From NCBI GenBank assembly GCA_002189035.1, contig NEEC01000004.1, positions 1,488,001 to 1,552,000 on the forward strand: a stretch of 64,000 bases of DNA, written 5' to 3'. The notes beneath the pieces were generated by a model that saw nothing but the letters and a program-made list of their open reading frames with translations, was not told where the DNA came from and ran no database searches. Source of the stretch: Utricularia gibba. Lineage: Eukaryota > Plantae > Magnoliophyta. How positions within the stretch are numbered: position 1 is the first letter of the stretch; each line of letters starts with the position of its first letter. The position numbers and the translations under genes were made by a program. Shown here piece by piece: positions 24,560-38,995 of the stretch.

Positions 24560-25117
24560 TCACTCCGAGGCTCCAATCGAGGAAACGGCGACTTCTCCGA
24601 GCTTTTGCAGATTCAATTTCACCACTGTGTCGGTGAACATCTTCGTATCGTCGACGGTGTTCCCCGCGGGGACATCCACGATGTACGACTCGAGGACAAT
24701 CGAGTAATTTCCGAAATCGTTCACCGAGGTGACCGATCGGTAGTTGTTGAGGCGGTGCTCGCCTCCGACGACGCGGAAACTGAGGATTCGGTGCTCGTCG
24801 TCGAGGATTTCGAGGCGCTCCGTGGATGTGGAGGCAGGGAGGCCGGATATGACGGTGACCTCGCGAATGCTCCCCACGGCGCCGTCCCCGACCAGGCGGC
24901 AACTCTTGATGAAGTGCTTGTAGCGCTGGGGGTTACCGAATGCCCGCACTATGGGCCAGACTTTCTCCGCCGGCGCGTTGATTCGCTGGGTGATGAGTGA
25001 GGTGCATGTATTCGGCAACGCGTGGAAAGTGTGGTGCGTGCGTATCACGTCCTCCAGCTGCGCGTGCTCCTCGGGCGTTAAACCGCCCTGAGGCGGCGGT
25101 GTTCCGGTTCCAGCCAT
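24560..25117 (-). CDS. PYL2: Abscisic acid receptor, PYL2-like, intronless
   Basis: YKHFIKSC, gate SGLPA, latch GGEHRL, VLESYIVDVP.GNT. Confidence 0.93.
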   Translation of the reverse strand: MAGTGTPPPQGGLTPEEHAQLEDVIRTHHTFHALPNTCTSLITQRINAPAEKVWPIVRAFGNPQRYKHFIKSCRLVGDGAVGSIREVTVISGLPASTSTERLEILDDEHRILSFRVVGGEHRLNNYRSVTSVNDFGNYSIVLESYIVDVPAGNTVDDTKMFTDTVVKLNLQKLGEVAVSSIGASE

Positions 25118-25836
25118 CGCGACGCCAAGTCAAATCAAAGATCTGGCGATTGAAATGGAAAAGTGGAAGCGCAGTTAATGACTTTTCCCACCCCCGCTGC
25201 CTCCACAAATATAGCAGCATTCGCGGAGGCCTCTCTTCCTTTTCGAAATAAATTTCAATTTTCCAGATAAAATCGGCATCAATTTGAGCACGCTGCTCCT
25301 AAAAATAAAATCCTCATTAACTTGAAAAATCCTGTGCCTTGTTTATTTAATAAGAGGCAAAGTCATACCATCCTTCTTGACGGGAGTAAAGAAAGTCTCG
25401 AGATATTTATTCATTTAGCCGGTTCACTGCAAAAAGGTAAACGGTTCTCCATCATCTTTTTTTTAGTATTTAAAAAAATATATAAAAAACATTATGATAA
25501 AATAACAATAATGGATATTATACACCACACGGGTTTGCCTTCTTTTGAAAAAGGCAGCTCCCACCCGTGAACTCAGCTTCATACCAAACACCTTAAATTT
25601 CTCATTTATAGCTCGGCCAAACACATCAGTCACCATTTCTGACCTTTACAGATAGGCATCATCTCTACAAGTTCACATTCAAAGCACACAAGAAGGGAAA
25701 TCATTTCGTTCAAGGCAAAGGCTGTGATGTGCTGTCAGCACACTCCATGTGCAATTGAACAGTAGTAGTAGCATGGTATGAACAAGCAACACTTCACCTG
25801 TACATTGGTGTGCTTCTCTCCTTGGAATGGCTCACC

Positions 25837-28218
25837 TCATGCGGTGGTGTTAATCAGGGATTTATTGGATAGATTGATGATGGAGTCTGCGATTATTCTA
25901 GCAGTGGATTTCATGTAGCCACCTGATTACATTGTATAGAAGGTAAGTAAGTAGAGTGTCTGGCGGGTAGGGGTCTCAATAACCCTCGTTCAAGAAACTC
26001 CAAACCTGAGGTGAGCATGACCAGAGGGGCGTTTAGGTGTCGAGCAAACAGGAAGACCTTTTCATCCCTGGTAGCAATCCCAGGGGCACTGATCTGCAGA
26101 ATTTTTTTGCAGGTTATCTATGTCAAAAGTACTGCATATATTGCTTCTGTTTGTTGTCCAAGAGTAAAAGAACAGTTATATATGGCTGGATAGGGTAACT
26201 ATTCAAGTGGTTGAGCAATAAAGTGATCGAGAAGTTAAAAGAGTGGATGGGTAAATAGGCACCCTGTGAACACAAAATGTGAACTCAGATATCGAAGGCC
26301 TACCTTTAACCTACCAAGAGGGTCCCCGTCAAGAATGTCGGTTCCAGCGTTGTAGATTATCAGCTCAGGTTTAAATGCATCACCGGCGACCTGCAGATAG
26401 AGATCAGTATTGATGTACTCCTCTTGTGTCGAAAGGGGAAGCAGAAAAGCTTGAAAGGTGTCTGAAGTGGACATCTTTCCAAAAATATACGCATGTCACA
26501 TTTCCATACCCTGAGAGCGTCATCTAGTTTCTCCATATACTCACTTGTTGTTGTTCCGCTCTGTAACAAGAAAGCAAGCAATCAGGTGAAATAAGGGATT
26601 CTGTGAAACATGGAAAAGAGGAACTACATCCTAGAAAGATAATACATAATGTACCGGTACATGCACTTGCTGATCTATGCATCTCCTGGCCGCATAATCC
26701 TACAAAGGCAAAAGACAAACAAGAGAGAATGCATTTAATTCACTGGAAATTACACATGCAGAAATTACAGAATGTTCATATCAAACTCCGGTTTCTCAGC
26801 CAACGTCAGAGGCTTGATGAGGATTTCTCTAGGGACTTACAAAAGGATATATATATGGGTTGTACATATCAAGAATATAAACTCTACCTGCACAAAAAAG
26901 GCACATCTAATTACTTTGATGATTTCTCATTGACGCCAGTGGTACCAAAAAGCACTTCGGTAAAACATAATAAGCTGATAATGCCATACTGTCATGAGAA
27001 AAATCCATTTCGTGGCCATTTCCTTGGTGTGCATCAAGATCAATTATCATAACCCTGCCCATTAAGTGAATCAGATGCGAGGGTTGCTCTCAACTTCATG
27101 TTGAAGCATGAGCTTGGTACTAAACCCAGCATGAAAAACAAATAATCACAATTACACTACCTTGAAATACTTAGAAGGTCGAAGGCAAAATGAATGCAAA
27201 GGGAAATGTCTGCATACACACAAAATCCACCTCCCCGTTGAGCTGAGCAATGATGAAACCCTCCACCGAGATTAATTGCCCACCCCCTTTCTTTGGCAAG
27301 TTTAGCAGCCAAAACAGTTCCCCCAACCTACGTCAACTTCAAATTAAATGAAGAAGGAGACTCTCAAAGGTGAAGTTGGGGAAACACAGAAGAATGAATA
27401 GACACATATAGTAAGTCACCTGCATGCGGAAAGGGTAAAGAACATTTTTTTCCACAACACAGCTGGGGAATATCGCCACTGGAGGGACCTACCCAAAACG
27501 AATATGTTTTTACGAACATCAATGTAATGAGAAATCTACAGAAAATCATGGATGTTTACAGGTTCCTTGCCTCGATTATTCCAGCCACATTTAAACTGCT
27601 CTTCAGGCTATCCAGATACGATTCTGAATGAACCTGCAATCAAGCTAAGAATATGAAAATGATAAACTAGAACACCAGAGCCTCAAGTATCTCCACTGAA
27701 CTCCTTTATCAGGCTTAAAACAAAAGATCATGCTGAAAACAATAGATACCACAAGAAGGTCATCTCTTGTCGCCTCAAGGGGTTCAACTATTTGTTTCTT
27801 GTCAAGGAGCTCTGAAGTCAGGAACCCATAAATGCGACCCCATTTAGAAGAATCGAAAGGATGCCTGAACAAAACATGAATAAAATATTTAACAATGCAA
27901 TTCTGCAAAATTGAGAAATGAAAGAGGATCAAAGATCACTTACAGCTTTTCAACGCCGAAAAAAGCGATATCATAAGAAGATGAATATATAACAGGAACC
28001 TAAACGAAAAACGGAAGGAAAAAAATACCGATTCATCTCAGCAAACAACCAAAAAAGAGGTAACTGAAGTCGATCAGATAACACAACACCTTTGAAGCGT
28101 CCACATCGAAGTAGAGCTTACTGGAGAGAATTCGGCGGCGGCGAACGGAATCAAGAGAGTCGATTTCAGATATTGCCCCCTCGAGACGACCGCGAGCACT
28201 TGAAACTGGATTCCCCAT
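25837..28218 (-). CDS. HDA2: Histone deacetylase 2 (class IV, HDAC11-like), ~12 exons
   Basis: RRRRILSSKLYFDV, HPFDSSKWGRI, GGGFHHCS, IIDLDAHQGNGHE, YNAGTDILDGDPLG, SGGYMKS. Confidence 0.93.
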
Positions 28219-29217
28219 TTCAGACGGCCTTTAAACCGTAAAGCACGCACGCGCAATTGATCGAGGAAGATCGACGGACGGGCCGACCGTACGCGAGGTA
28301 AATTTCGGAATTTCTTTTATTTATCCAAGCGTGATTGCTAAATTTCAATTAAATAATTTTAAATAAACAAATTATTTTTATGGAAAAAAAAGAGCCAAAT
28401 ATGACCCGATTCATGGATTAGAATGTGTTGATTCATGTATTCGGGTGCGTCGAATCCGTTCCGCACCTGGGCACCAGGTGCTTGAGAATTATCGATTTAT
28501 AAGATAAGATGATTAATTTTCTAATACATACTTGATTCATTAATGCATAAACTTGGTAATTAATTAATATTTATTAAAAACAAATATGGGCATCTTCACT
28601 TTATTTTTTTATATATTAAAATAAATAAGTAATATAAAAATGATAATTTTTTATAATTGAACTATTAAATAAATTCCATAAACAAGAGAATAAGACTTTA
28701 TTCCTTCCTATATAACCCCAAGCGTCTTTTTTAAAAAATGAGGATGAAGCCACCAAAAGGCGCGATCCCTTCTACTTGTTCATACTCCATTTTTTTCAAA
28801 TTATTTGAAATAAATAAACAAAAAAAGACAAAGACAAATTCCTAAATCCAAAATACCGACAAAATGACTAAGTACGAACTACAAAGCTAGACGCATCCAA
28901 TTAAAAAAAATACTAATAATGGGATTTTTATTTGTCACGAAAAGAAATTTTGAGATTAAAATTATTTATTTTCTAATCCAGGAGTTTAGGTTTACTTAAT
29001 CCCCTCTAAAGTTATGCTAATTACGGAGATAAGAGGAATATGCAATGCTTGGCCTGGCCTGGCCTCTTTTTGCTTTGTCTTCCAGTCCCAGTAGAAAAGG
29101 AAGGCCCTGGTCTTCTGCACCTAGGAAACTGAAACCCTCTTCTTCTTCTTCCCAATCTCAACATCGGCTCCATTAGAGGGGAAGAGCCACGGCAAGAGCT
29201 GGAAGCAGACCGGAAGA

Positions 29218-29988
29218 ATGCTTGAGGATTCAGTTTCTTCGACATGGGAGTCCATGGCTAACTGGTTCACCCCTACAGTCCTCTTCCTCCTCCTCAATCT
29301 CATGATAGCTACCATTGCTTTCACCTCTTCGCTCACCAAGCAAAACTCCTCCCCCACTACCACTGCCGCCGCCGCCGCCGCCGCCGCCGACAGATCCAGG
29401 AGGGTAACAGCTGTCCACCGCCCCAAATCCGCCACTCTCCAGCCCTTCGATTCCGACCCCTTTTACGATAGTATCGAGTCGCATACTCATTATCTCTTCC
29501 AACACGCAACGCCTGCCCCCATTCAATCGGATCCTCAGATTCAGCCCGGCCCCACTTTGGAAACGCAACCCCCAATCGAAGCCGAAAGCGACGGCGGTGC
29601 CGGGGATTTCGATTTGGCGTCGGCGGTGGACGAGGATTCCGGTAGCCTGAACAAAGTTTACAGTCAGGTGATGGGGAATAAAGCAGATGGCGTTGGATCG
29701 GAGGAGCAACCCCAGGCAGAGGTAGTGAAGGTGAAAATGAAAAGGTCGTCGAGTTTGGGATCCGATTTCCTACATTCGCGTCGCGCGGAGGATGAGGAGG
29801 AGGAGAAAGAAAGCATTGAGGCGCGGCGGCCGGCGACCGTGAGGGAGAGAGTGACCTCCAAGGGCGTCGGTGGCGATGGCGACGAGGAAGTTGACGCGAG
29901 GGCCGACGATTTCATCAACAAATTCAAGCATCAACTGAAGCTCCAGAGGATGGAATCCATCCTCCGGGCAGGAGGTGCAAAAATGTAA
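29218..29988 (+). CDS. DUF4408 + DUF761 (cotton-fibre-expressed / A70-like) protein, intronless
   Basis: N-terminal WFTPTVLFLLLNLMIATI. C-terminal EEVDARADDFINKFKHQLKLQRMESI. Poly-Ala encoded by a GCC repeat. Confidence 0.88.
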   Translation: MLEDSVSSTWESMANWFTPTVLFLLLNLMIATIAFTSSLTKQNSSPTTTAAAAAAAADRSRRVTAVHRPKSATLQPFDSDPFYDSIESHTHYLFQHATPAPIQSDPQIQPGPTLETQPPIEAESDGGAGDFDLASAVDEDSGSLNKVYSQVMGNKADGVGSEEQPQAEVVKVKMKRSSSLGSDFLHSRRAEDEEEEKESIEARRPATVRERVTSKGVGGDGDEEVDARADDFINKFKHQLKLQRMESILRAGGAKM

Positions 29989-32007
29989 TTCCGCGTTTTA
30001 TCAGGGTGGATTTCGTAATTTTCGCTTTCTTCTGGGTTAAGTAGTGGGGTGATATCGCAATTTTGTTACACTCCAGGGGCGTGAACGAGATTACAGTCAT
30101 TAATTTTAATTGTAATAACGTCATTGTTATTTGACTACTGGAGGGGGGGTCTTTGTCTTGTTGGCCGGATGGTACTTCGGTTGGTGTGCCTAGAAGGGCG
30201 TTTCGGTAATTACTCACCAGTGGTTGTCCTGTCATGCTCGGCTGGATGGGCAATGGGACTGGACTGCAGCCTGCTCCTCATTCCTTTTTCTAAGCAATAG
30301 GCTTTGAATTTCATCATATCTAAAGTTTGTTGCAGCAGATGGTGTATTTCATTTTCTCAGATTCAATGAAACTTGACTGCACCTCCTCCCCTCATTACAT
30401 GGAGATTGCCTTTTTTATCCTTCTTAATTTGAAGTACAGGGTTCTTGGTTAGTCAATGGGTGGAGGTTATTTTCGTCTTTGGGTAAGAATTAATGTCTTT
30501 CTAACATTCAATATATAGTATATGAATGATTCTAGTAAAATTGCAAATGATCAATGAATAAAAAGTGATATATATTTGTAGTTGTTTTTTTGGAAATGCA
30601 AAAAGATGAGAATTAATGATATTTTTTTATTGATAATCATAATTTATAAATTTATAAATTAAAAAGATTTATTTATACATTATGTATATTGTAAAAATAT
30701 TATATATATCTATAAATTTAAAAATTAAAGGTTCTCAATAATTTATTTGAATAAAGAAAAAACATTATAAATATTCTTAACAATTTATTTTAAAGAGAAA
30801 AAATATGAAAATAATTGTAAATTTACATTTCAAAATCAATTCTTAAAAATTAGTTTTGAAAAAAATAGAATTAAAGTGATTCTAAAAAATCACTCCTAAT
30901 ATAAAAGAATTGTATAATAAGATGTATGATATTATAATATAGAAAATTTATACTCAAATTTATATATAAATCATTATTTAACTAACTAGTATAATTATGT
31001 TAACTTTAAATGAATTTATTGTTCACATACTCATTTTCTTATATATACATTTTGAGTATAATTTTGAGTATGTGGTTAATATATACAAATAAAGTAAATA
31101 TGCATTAATTGTATTTATATTCTTTATATATTTAAATTTATATTCTTAAATATCAAACGTTATATATAATTTAAACATATTAATATTCTACTATCAAACT
31201 ACGTTTAAATGTTTTGAAAATAGAAGCGATTTTTAAAATAAAAATTGATTTTTTACGAAAAAAATGATTTTTAAAACACTATATATGACCTCGACTTTCC
31301 GTGGGAGTGTCTAGGGCTTGCAGTGGGCTTGGGCTCATTGGTACGGGTCCCGCCCATTCCCACATTTTTTGTTTTTATTTATTTTTTATAAAAAGGTCGA
31401 AGGGATTTATATATTCTGCAGTTGGAAATGAATATTTAAATAGGAAATTAGCGTTGTGTATTGCGGACTTTTTTATAGAACTAGGCGCATTGACGCTACA
31501 TTTGTATTTTCAATATAATAATAACAATAATGGGAATAAGTGAATATTTTATTGTAATAAAATATTAACAACATATGGAGTGACGAAATTGACCCCAGAT
31601 ATTTCTGGACAATGAATGAAGGAAATGAGGCAGAGGAAGTGCTTGGCCTGGCTGTCTTATCTCGCACTGTCTCTGTTTGTGGTGCTAGCGAGTGGCGAGT
31701 AGCCACGCTTGGGACAGGGGACAATGGCATGGCCCAGGTCCCCACATTTCTCTCTGTTCTCATCAATGCCGAATCTTTCTACATGTGATGATGTGAAGAA
31801 TCACGGTTGTGTGCAGTGTTTGGTTTGCTGTGCATCTGCTGCACCATACGTTCTCTGTGATGCTCGATAATGAACTCAAGAATTAGCTTTCATGGCTGAG
31901 AGATAGGGAGATGCTATTAAAAGTAGTAAGTAGCAGCACATGGGGGAATGAATACAACAATGACTGAAGAAATTAAGCAGACACAGCAGTTAAAGCAAGA
32001 ACTGGCT

Positions 32008-33351
32008 TCACCCATGGTTGTTGAAGGCTTCCCAAACCAAGTTCTTGGGCACGGGAGTGGACAAATCTCGAGCCTGCAGCGCTGCGTTTCGGAGGGTTCT
32101 TATAGTCATCAGGTTGGCTTCGAGAAACGTAGCAGAATTGTAAGGCAAGCCGTGCTTCTTGCAGAGATCCTTCACAAAGGGAGAAACTTTCCTTAGCTGG
32201 GAATGGGGTAACCTGGGGAACAAATGGTGCTCAATTTGAAACTGGAGTCCCCCATGGAACCAATCCATCCAAGGGGAGCATTGTATGTTGAGGGTGCCGC
32301 TTGTTTGCTTCTCGAACCAGTCGTGTCCTGTCGGGGGTCCGAGGTATACGTCGGATGAGAAGTGGTTCAGGCAGAACTGAACATGCTGGATGCCTGTAAC
32401 CATGAAGCTGGCAGCAAAGAATGCAAGCCTTTCTCCCCAATTCGGTAAGAATGATAGTAGCAACGGGTACCAAGTAAGAAATACCGCCACTCCGAGAAGC
32501 TCTAGGATTCTGTGAGGCACATCGCCTTTGGACAACAGTAGGATAAGGGATTGAGCAAGGAGATTGATTCTAGCGAATCCCATTACGGGATAGAATGTCC
32601 AGTGCTGGTTACTTACAAAAAACCGAGATACACCATTGAAAACCATTTTTCTATCATAGAAGTAGGAAGTCAAAGAGTAAAAGAGTTTGGATGAAACTGC
32701 AAAAAGTGGCATGTGTTGAAGATCTGGATCATAATCAAGACTGTTGCAAGCAATGTGATGAGCATTATGATTCCTTTTCCACCAAGCCATGCTGAGTCCA
32801 GTAAGACAATTCCCAGTAAGAAGCTGTACAAATCTGTTAATCTTACGAGTAGGCATAATCTGATAATGACCAGAATCATGTCCAAGCCATCCACTCTGGA
32901 TCCACAGAAACCCAATGCAACCACCACAAAGCACATGAGTCAGGAACCCCTGGCAGAAAATAACACCATATACACTGAAAGCCAACAGCATTGCCATAAC
33001 AAAGAGAGAAACGAAAACCCCATATCCTGTATCCCTAAAAAGATTCATCTTTGTGAACTCATACACAAGCTTCCTGTAATCCTTGGACGCCTCGGACACA
33101 GTAAAGTCCTTCACGTAATACCCATTAGAGAATTTATCAAGCAATTGCCAAGCGTGACTGGGATGATAGGCTATGAATGCATCAGTAGCATCCTGTCCAG
33201 CGAGACTCATTAGGGGTAATTCTCCGCCAGGGTGAATATTGGCCCATTCTGAGACGTCCAAAACTCTCCCCTGGATCGAGATCCAAACATCCCCTCTTTT
33301 GTTGTGGGTTTTGAGCTCCTCCATGGAAATGTACTTCCTGGTTTCCGCCAT
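32008..33351 (-). CDS. SLD: Delta-8 sphingolipid desaturase (cytochrome b5 fusion), intronless
   Basis: HPGG b5 motif and His boxes HDSGH, HNAHH and QIEHH. Confidence 0.96.
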   Translation of the reverse strand: MAETRKYISMEELKTHNKRGDVWISIQGRVLDVSEWANIHPGGELPLMSLAGQDATDAFIAYHPSHAWQLLDKFSNGYYVKDFTVSEASKDYRKLVYEFTKMNLFRDTGYGVFVSLFVMAMLLAFSVYGVIFCQGFLTHVLCGGCIGFLWIQSGWLGHDSGHYQIMPTRKINRFVQLLTGNCLTGLSMAWWKRNHNAHHIACNSLDYDPDLQHMPLFAVSSKLFYSLTSYFYDRKMVFNGVSRFFVSNQHWTFYPVMGFARINLLAQSLILLLSKGDVPHRILELLGVAVFLTWYPLLLSFLPNWGERLAFFAASFMVTGIQHVQFCLNHFSSDVYLGPPTGHDWFEKQTSGTLNIQCSPWMDWFHGGLQFQIEHHLFPRLPHSQLRKVSPFVKDLCKKHGLPYNSATFLEANLMTIRTLRNAALQARDLSTPVPKNLVWEAFNNHG

Positions 33352-33572
33352 TGCAGAATGTAAGCAGAGAGAGAAAGAGAGAGAGATCTGAGCGCTCAGA
33401 TCTGGATTCGCGTTGCCGATGCCGCCCCCTCTTATGCAAGTGAGTCAAGTCAGCGTATTGTTATGGACGTTGAGATGGCGATCGTTTAGGGTAACAGTAA
33501 AAACAGTAACAAAAGGTAAAAAGGGTAAAAAAACAAAATAAACGAAAAAAATTAAAAATTGAAATTCTTAGA

Positions 33573-33679
33573 GAATATGCTTATGAATGTACTCTTATCC
33601 CTCCATGAAGCGGTAGTCGTCCAGAAGCTCCTCCGGACTACCGCTCCGTCCACAAACCTCAAAGGTGCGTTGGATATTC
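33573..33679. promoter_or_regulatory. Two P1BS (GNATATNC) PHR1-type elements upstream of SQD1
   Basis: GAATATGC at 33573-33580 and GGATATTC at 33672-33679. SQD1 is a known phosphate-starvation-induced gene. Confidence 0.55.
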
Positions 33680-34078
33680 ATGAAGTATTTCCTAGCGTTT
33701 CCATCTGATGAATTACTTTTGAATTTCGATTGGTGATTATCTTTTTTCTTTAATTTCCGACCTGCAAGTGTGGCGTTCTGATCCTTGTAATTCAACTTTA
33801 CGACGTAGTAAGGTAGCTGCATTTACAGGTTTTCTTGAATTGGTTTCCAATTTCTCATCTTCGAGCCCTTTCTGGATCCGGGGGTTCAGATTTTCTTCAA
33901 TGTAGTTGAATAATGTTGAAGTGCTAATTTTTGGAATTTTGCTGTCGTCATTTTGATGCTTCTTGTTGAAGTGCTAATTTTTAGTAGATATTCAGGGTTT
34001 CATAGACTCCCATCTGATCTTCACGCTGGTCAACAGAATTTTGTATCTACCGGTAATCGAGGTTTGTGTGACAGATAA

Positions 34079-35596
<1,518 letters not shown>

Positions 35597-36096
35597 GAGT
35601 TGGGATATGTTGGAGTAGATGCAGAGGTTTTTGGTGTTCCGGGAGCATCCTGTATGCCTTCTCTTTGTAATATATCGTCATGCTCAAATGTACTCAGAAG
35701 TTGTGGATAACTTCTTCTGCAGAATGTTCACTTCACTCCTACTCGAGTAACCATTTGAGCCAACCTCATTTGTGCAAGAAAAAGGATCTCGTTCAGTGAA
35801 GGATAGACATGTGAAATGTGTGGTTCTGTCGAAACACTGCAACACATAGTTGGAAACTTGTCCTCATTTAACGAACGCCAGGCACGGCCCTTGCATGAAC
35901 GGTGAAACACAAAAGGGAAAAAGTATCGGGTTCTGTCGTGCATCTGTGTTGTCTGCACTGTGCAGAGCAGACTAGACACGCATCGCATCCCCCGTGTCTG
36001 ATGCGGTGTCCTGGTGCCCCACTCTACGCACACTCAACCCAAAAAGTCCATATAAATAGTAGCAATGCGTCGGTTCCTTCCCCTTCCAAACCAGGC

Positions 36097-38228
36097 ATGG
36101 AACTTGTTTTGCAGCTCATTTTCTCTTCTTTACTGGCAGCTCTCGCCTACTTCTACTGGCCGTACTGGGGCCTTCGGAGGATCCCAGGTGCCCGCCCAAT
36201 GCCCTTTTTCGGCCATCTCCCATTGTTTGCAAAACATGGACCTTTCTTGTTCACCCTTCTTGCTAGACGCTATGGCCCTGTTTACCGGTAGGCTTCTAAT
36301 GCTTTGATGTAAACTCTTTCTAGTTTCACTTACGAGCGTATCAACGTGCCAGATTTCACTTGGGAAGGCAGCCCGTGATCATCGTCGCGGATGCGGAGAT
36401 TTGCAGGGAAGTTGGTGTAAGAAAGTTCAAGCTGTTTTCCAACAGGAGCATCCCTGCTCCAATACAAGCCTCCCCTCTTCACAAGAAGGGTCTCTTTTGG
36501 GCGAGGTACGATGGATCGATTCCACTTCGTTTTCTTTGTTGTTCTTGTTTTCAAAATATCTACGTTGAAACACAGGCACAACACAATTTCTTCCACTAAC
36601 TTTCGAACTCTACACCTCCTGAGCACAAATGCGGACAATGTCACTCGAACTAACGCCTTATTACATCTGTTTTTAATCATGGGTTGTGAGTAAAAATGAA
36701 ACCTCTGTATGTTAGTGGAGCTTTAGTTATATTGGAATATGCGAAAGCACATGTTCTCTTGTCTCCGTTGCGGTAGAAGATTTGCCATAGATTGTTTTTT
36801 CCAGTAGCTCTTTTGTCTCTGTTATTACCAAACTGTTCTTATTTTTCTTTGTTTTACATTGGAGTTGTCAGGGATGAAAGATGGTCCACAATGAGGAACA
36901 CAATACTGTCCGTATACCAGCCATCGCACCTTGCAAAGATGATCCCCACCATGCAACACTTGATTGAATCCGCCTCCCAAGATCTTGATGCTAAAGACTT
37001 GGATTTCTCTGATTTTTCACTGAAACTAGCTACAGATGTGATCGGAAAAGCTGCTTTTGGTGTCGATTTCGGGCTGTCAAGGGAGGATGGCATGATTCAA
37101 GCACGAAAAGGTGGTCAAGTCGAGGAGTTTGTGAAGCAACATATTTACTCCACATCCCAGCTGAAAATGGACTTTTCTGGATCATTTTCCATCATTCTAG
37201 GCCTCCTCATCCCCTGCCTCCAGGAACCATTTCGACAGATCCTCAGGAGAATACCAGGGAGCAAGGACTGGAGAACTGATAGGACGAATCAGAGTCTAAG
37301 TAGCCGTCTGGACGAGATACTTCGCATGAGGATGAACGACAATCGCCATGGCTGCAGGGACTTCTTGTCTCTCATACTGAATGCAAGAGAATCAGAGACT
37401 AGTGCAAAGCATCTGTTCACTCCTGATTACATAACCGCAGTCACTTACGAACACTTGCTTGCTGGATCCACGACGACATCTTTTACGTTCTCTAGTGTGG
37501 TTTATCTAGTCGCTTGTCATCCAGAGGTGGAGAAGAAGCTTATCGAGGAAATTGACTCGTTCGGCCCACATGATCGCTTGCCAAGTGCTGATGATCTTGA
37601 GCACAAGTTCCCATATCTTGATCAGGCTGGTTTACTTCCCCTGTCCTTCAGTCTTTTCCAGAAACTGTAAGAAGATGAATCTCACTTCATTCTGATTTGA
37701 ACCAGGTGATAAAAGAAGCAATGAGGTTGTACACAGTCTCTCCTTTAGTTGCAAGGGAAGCATCCACCCAAGTTGAGATTGGAGGTTACATTGTTCCAAA
37801 GGTGCAGAATCTATAAAAGAGCAAGTTGAAGCTCAGCATCGTTTTCTTATGCTCTTTCTACATTTTAGATAAAAGAACTCTAATTTTTTTTATATCAGGG
37901 GACATGGGTATGGCTAGCTCCTGGTGTACTGGCAAAAGACCCCAAAAACTTCCCAGAGCCTGAGAAGTTTAAGCCAGAGAGGTTTGATCCGAATGGCAAA
38001 GAAGAAAAACAGAGACATCCGTATGCTAACATTCCATTCGGATTAGGTCCTCGTGCTTGCATCGGACGGAGGTTTGCGTTACAGGAAATCAAGCTTGGCT
38101 TGATTCATTTGTACAGAAAGTATGTCTTCAGGCACTCCCCAGCCATGGAGAAGCCTCTGGAACTTCAATATGGGATTGTGCTCAACTTCAAACATGGTGT
38201 AAAAGTTGAGGCCTCCAGGAGGACATAA
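36097..38228 (+). CDS. MAX1: Cytochrome P450 CYP711A (strigolactone biosynthesis), 5 exons
   Basis: [50 protein letters not shown]. Confidence 0.93.
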
Positions 38229-38656
38229 GCATTTCTACAAACCTTATGCTGTGCTTGCAGCTACCCCAGAGGCGATCAATCTAGTGATGCCAAAGAAGCA
38301 TGAATGTTCTCTATCCAGATAGTGTAGAAGAGACCAATTACATTCGAATTTCTTATGCTTCCTTCTTCATGTTTTCTTGTATTTCAATTGTTGAGTTCTG
38401 TTTCTCAAAAGATCCACCCTTTTCACAAAGAAAAAGCTTAGTCTTGGCAAACTTTAAATCCCAGGAAGATCCTTTGGAATTCACCCAAACCCTAGAAAGC
38501 ATGTATAGTTTTCTTTCAGACAACCAGAAGTACACTCTTTCTGAGTTGGGCTTCACAAACAGAAGGTAAACATCCCCACAACGAAACTCCTGAATCATGG
38601 AGTCAATTCCCATAACTTGAAAACAAAAAAAAGTGTGTTTTGTGTGTATCTTTCTT

Positions 38657-38995
38657 TTACCACCATCCTTGAACAACCTGTGTGTATCTCTGCTTCAGCC
38701 ATCTAAAGCTCTTCCTAAAAGACCCTTTGACTTTGCCTTCAACAGCATAAGCTTTATAACTAGCTACCCTCTTCTTCCTCTGCATCTCAGGATCATTCCA
38801 AGTCCATGGTTTCGCAGTCGGCCCGCCGTTGAAATTACTGACCTTCCCCTTTTTCCCTTGCGGCGCCGCAAAATCGTAGGTAGAAGATGATGCATAAGAA
38901 ACGCTGTATGATCTGAAATCAGACGGAGCTCCTCCATAATACGACTCAATCTCCACTCGGGCATGGCTCATGGACCTGGATCTGAAGTCAGCCAT
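38657..38995 (-). CDS. DUF3511 protein
   Basis: W..NDPEMQRKKRVASYKAYAVEGKVKGSFRKSFRWLK. Confidence 0.9.
   Translation of the reverse strand: MADFRSRSMSHARVEIESYYGGAPSDFRSYSVSYASSSTYDFAAPQGKKGKVSNFNGGPTAKPWTWNDPEMQRKKRVASYKAYAVEGKVKGSFRKSFRWLKQRYTQVVQGWW

Noticed and set aside
24477-25251. Overlapping ORFs around PYL2 (similar cases around DUF761 and PsbX)
   Set aside because: These are shadow frames of GC-rich coding sequence.
28463-28481. GCACCTGG-gca-CCAGGTGC hairpin as a Helitron 3' end
   Set aside because: No CTRR terminus at the expected spacing on either strand.
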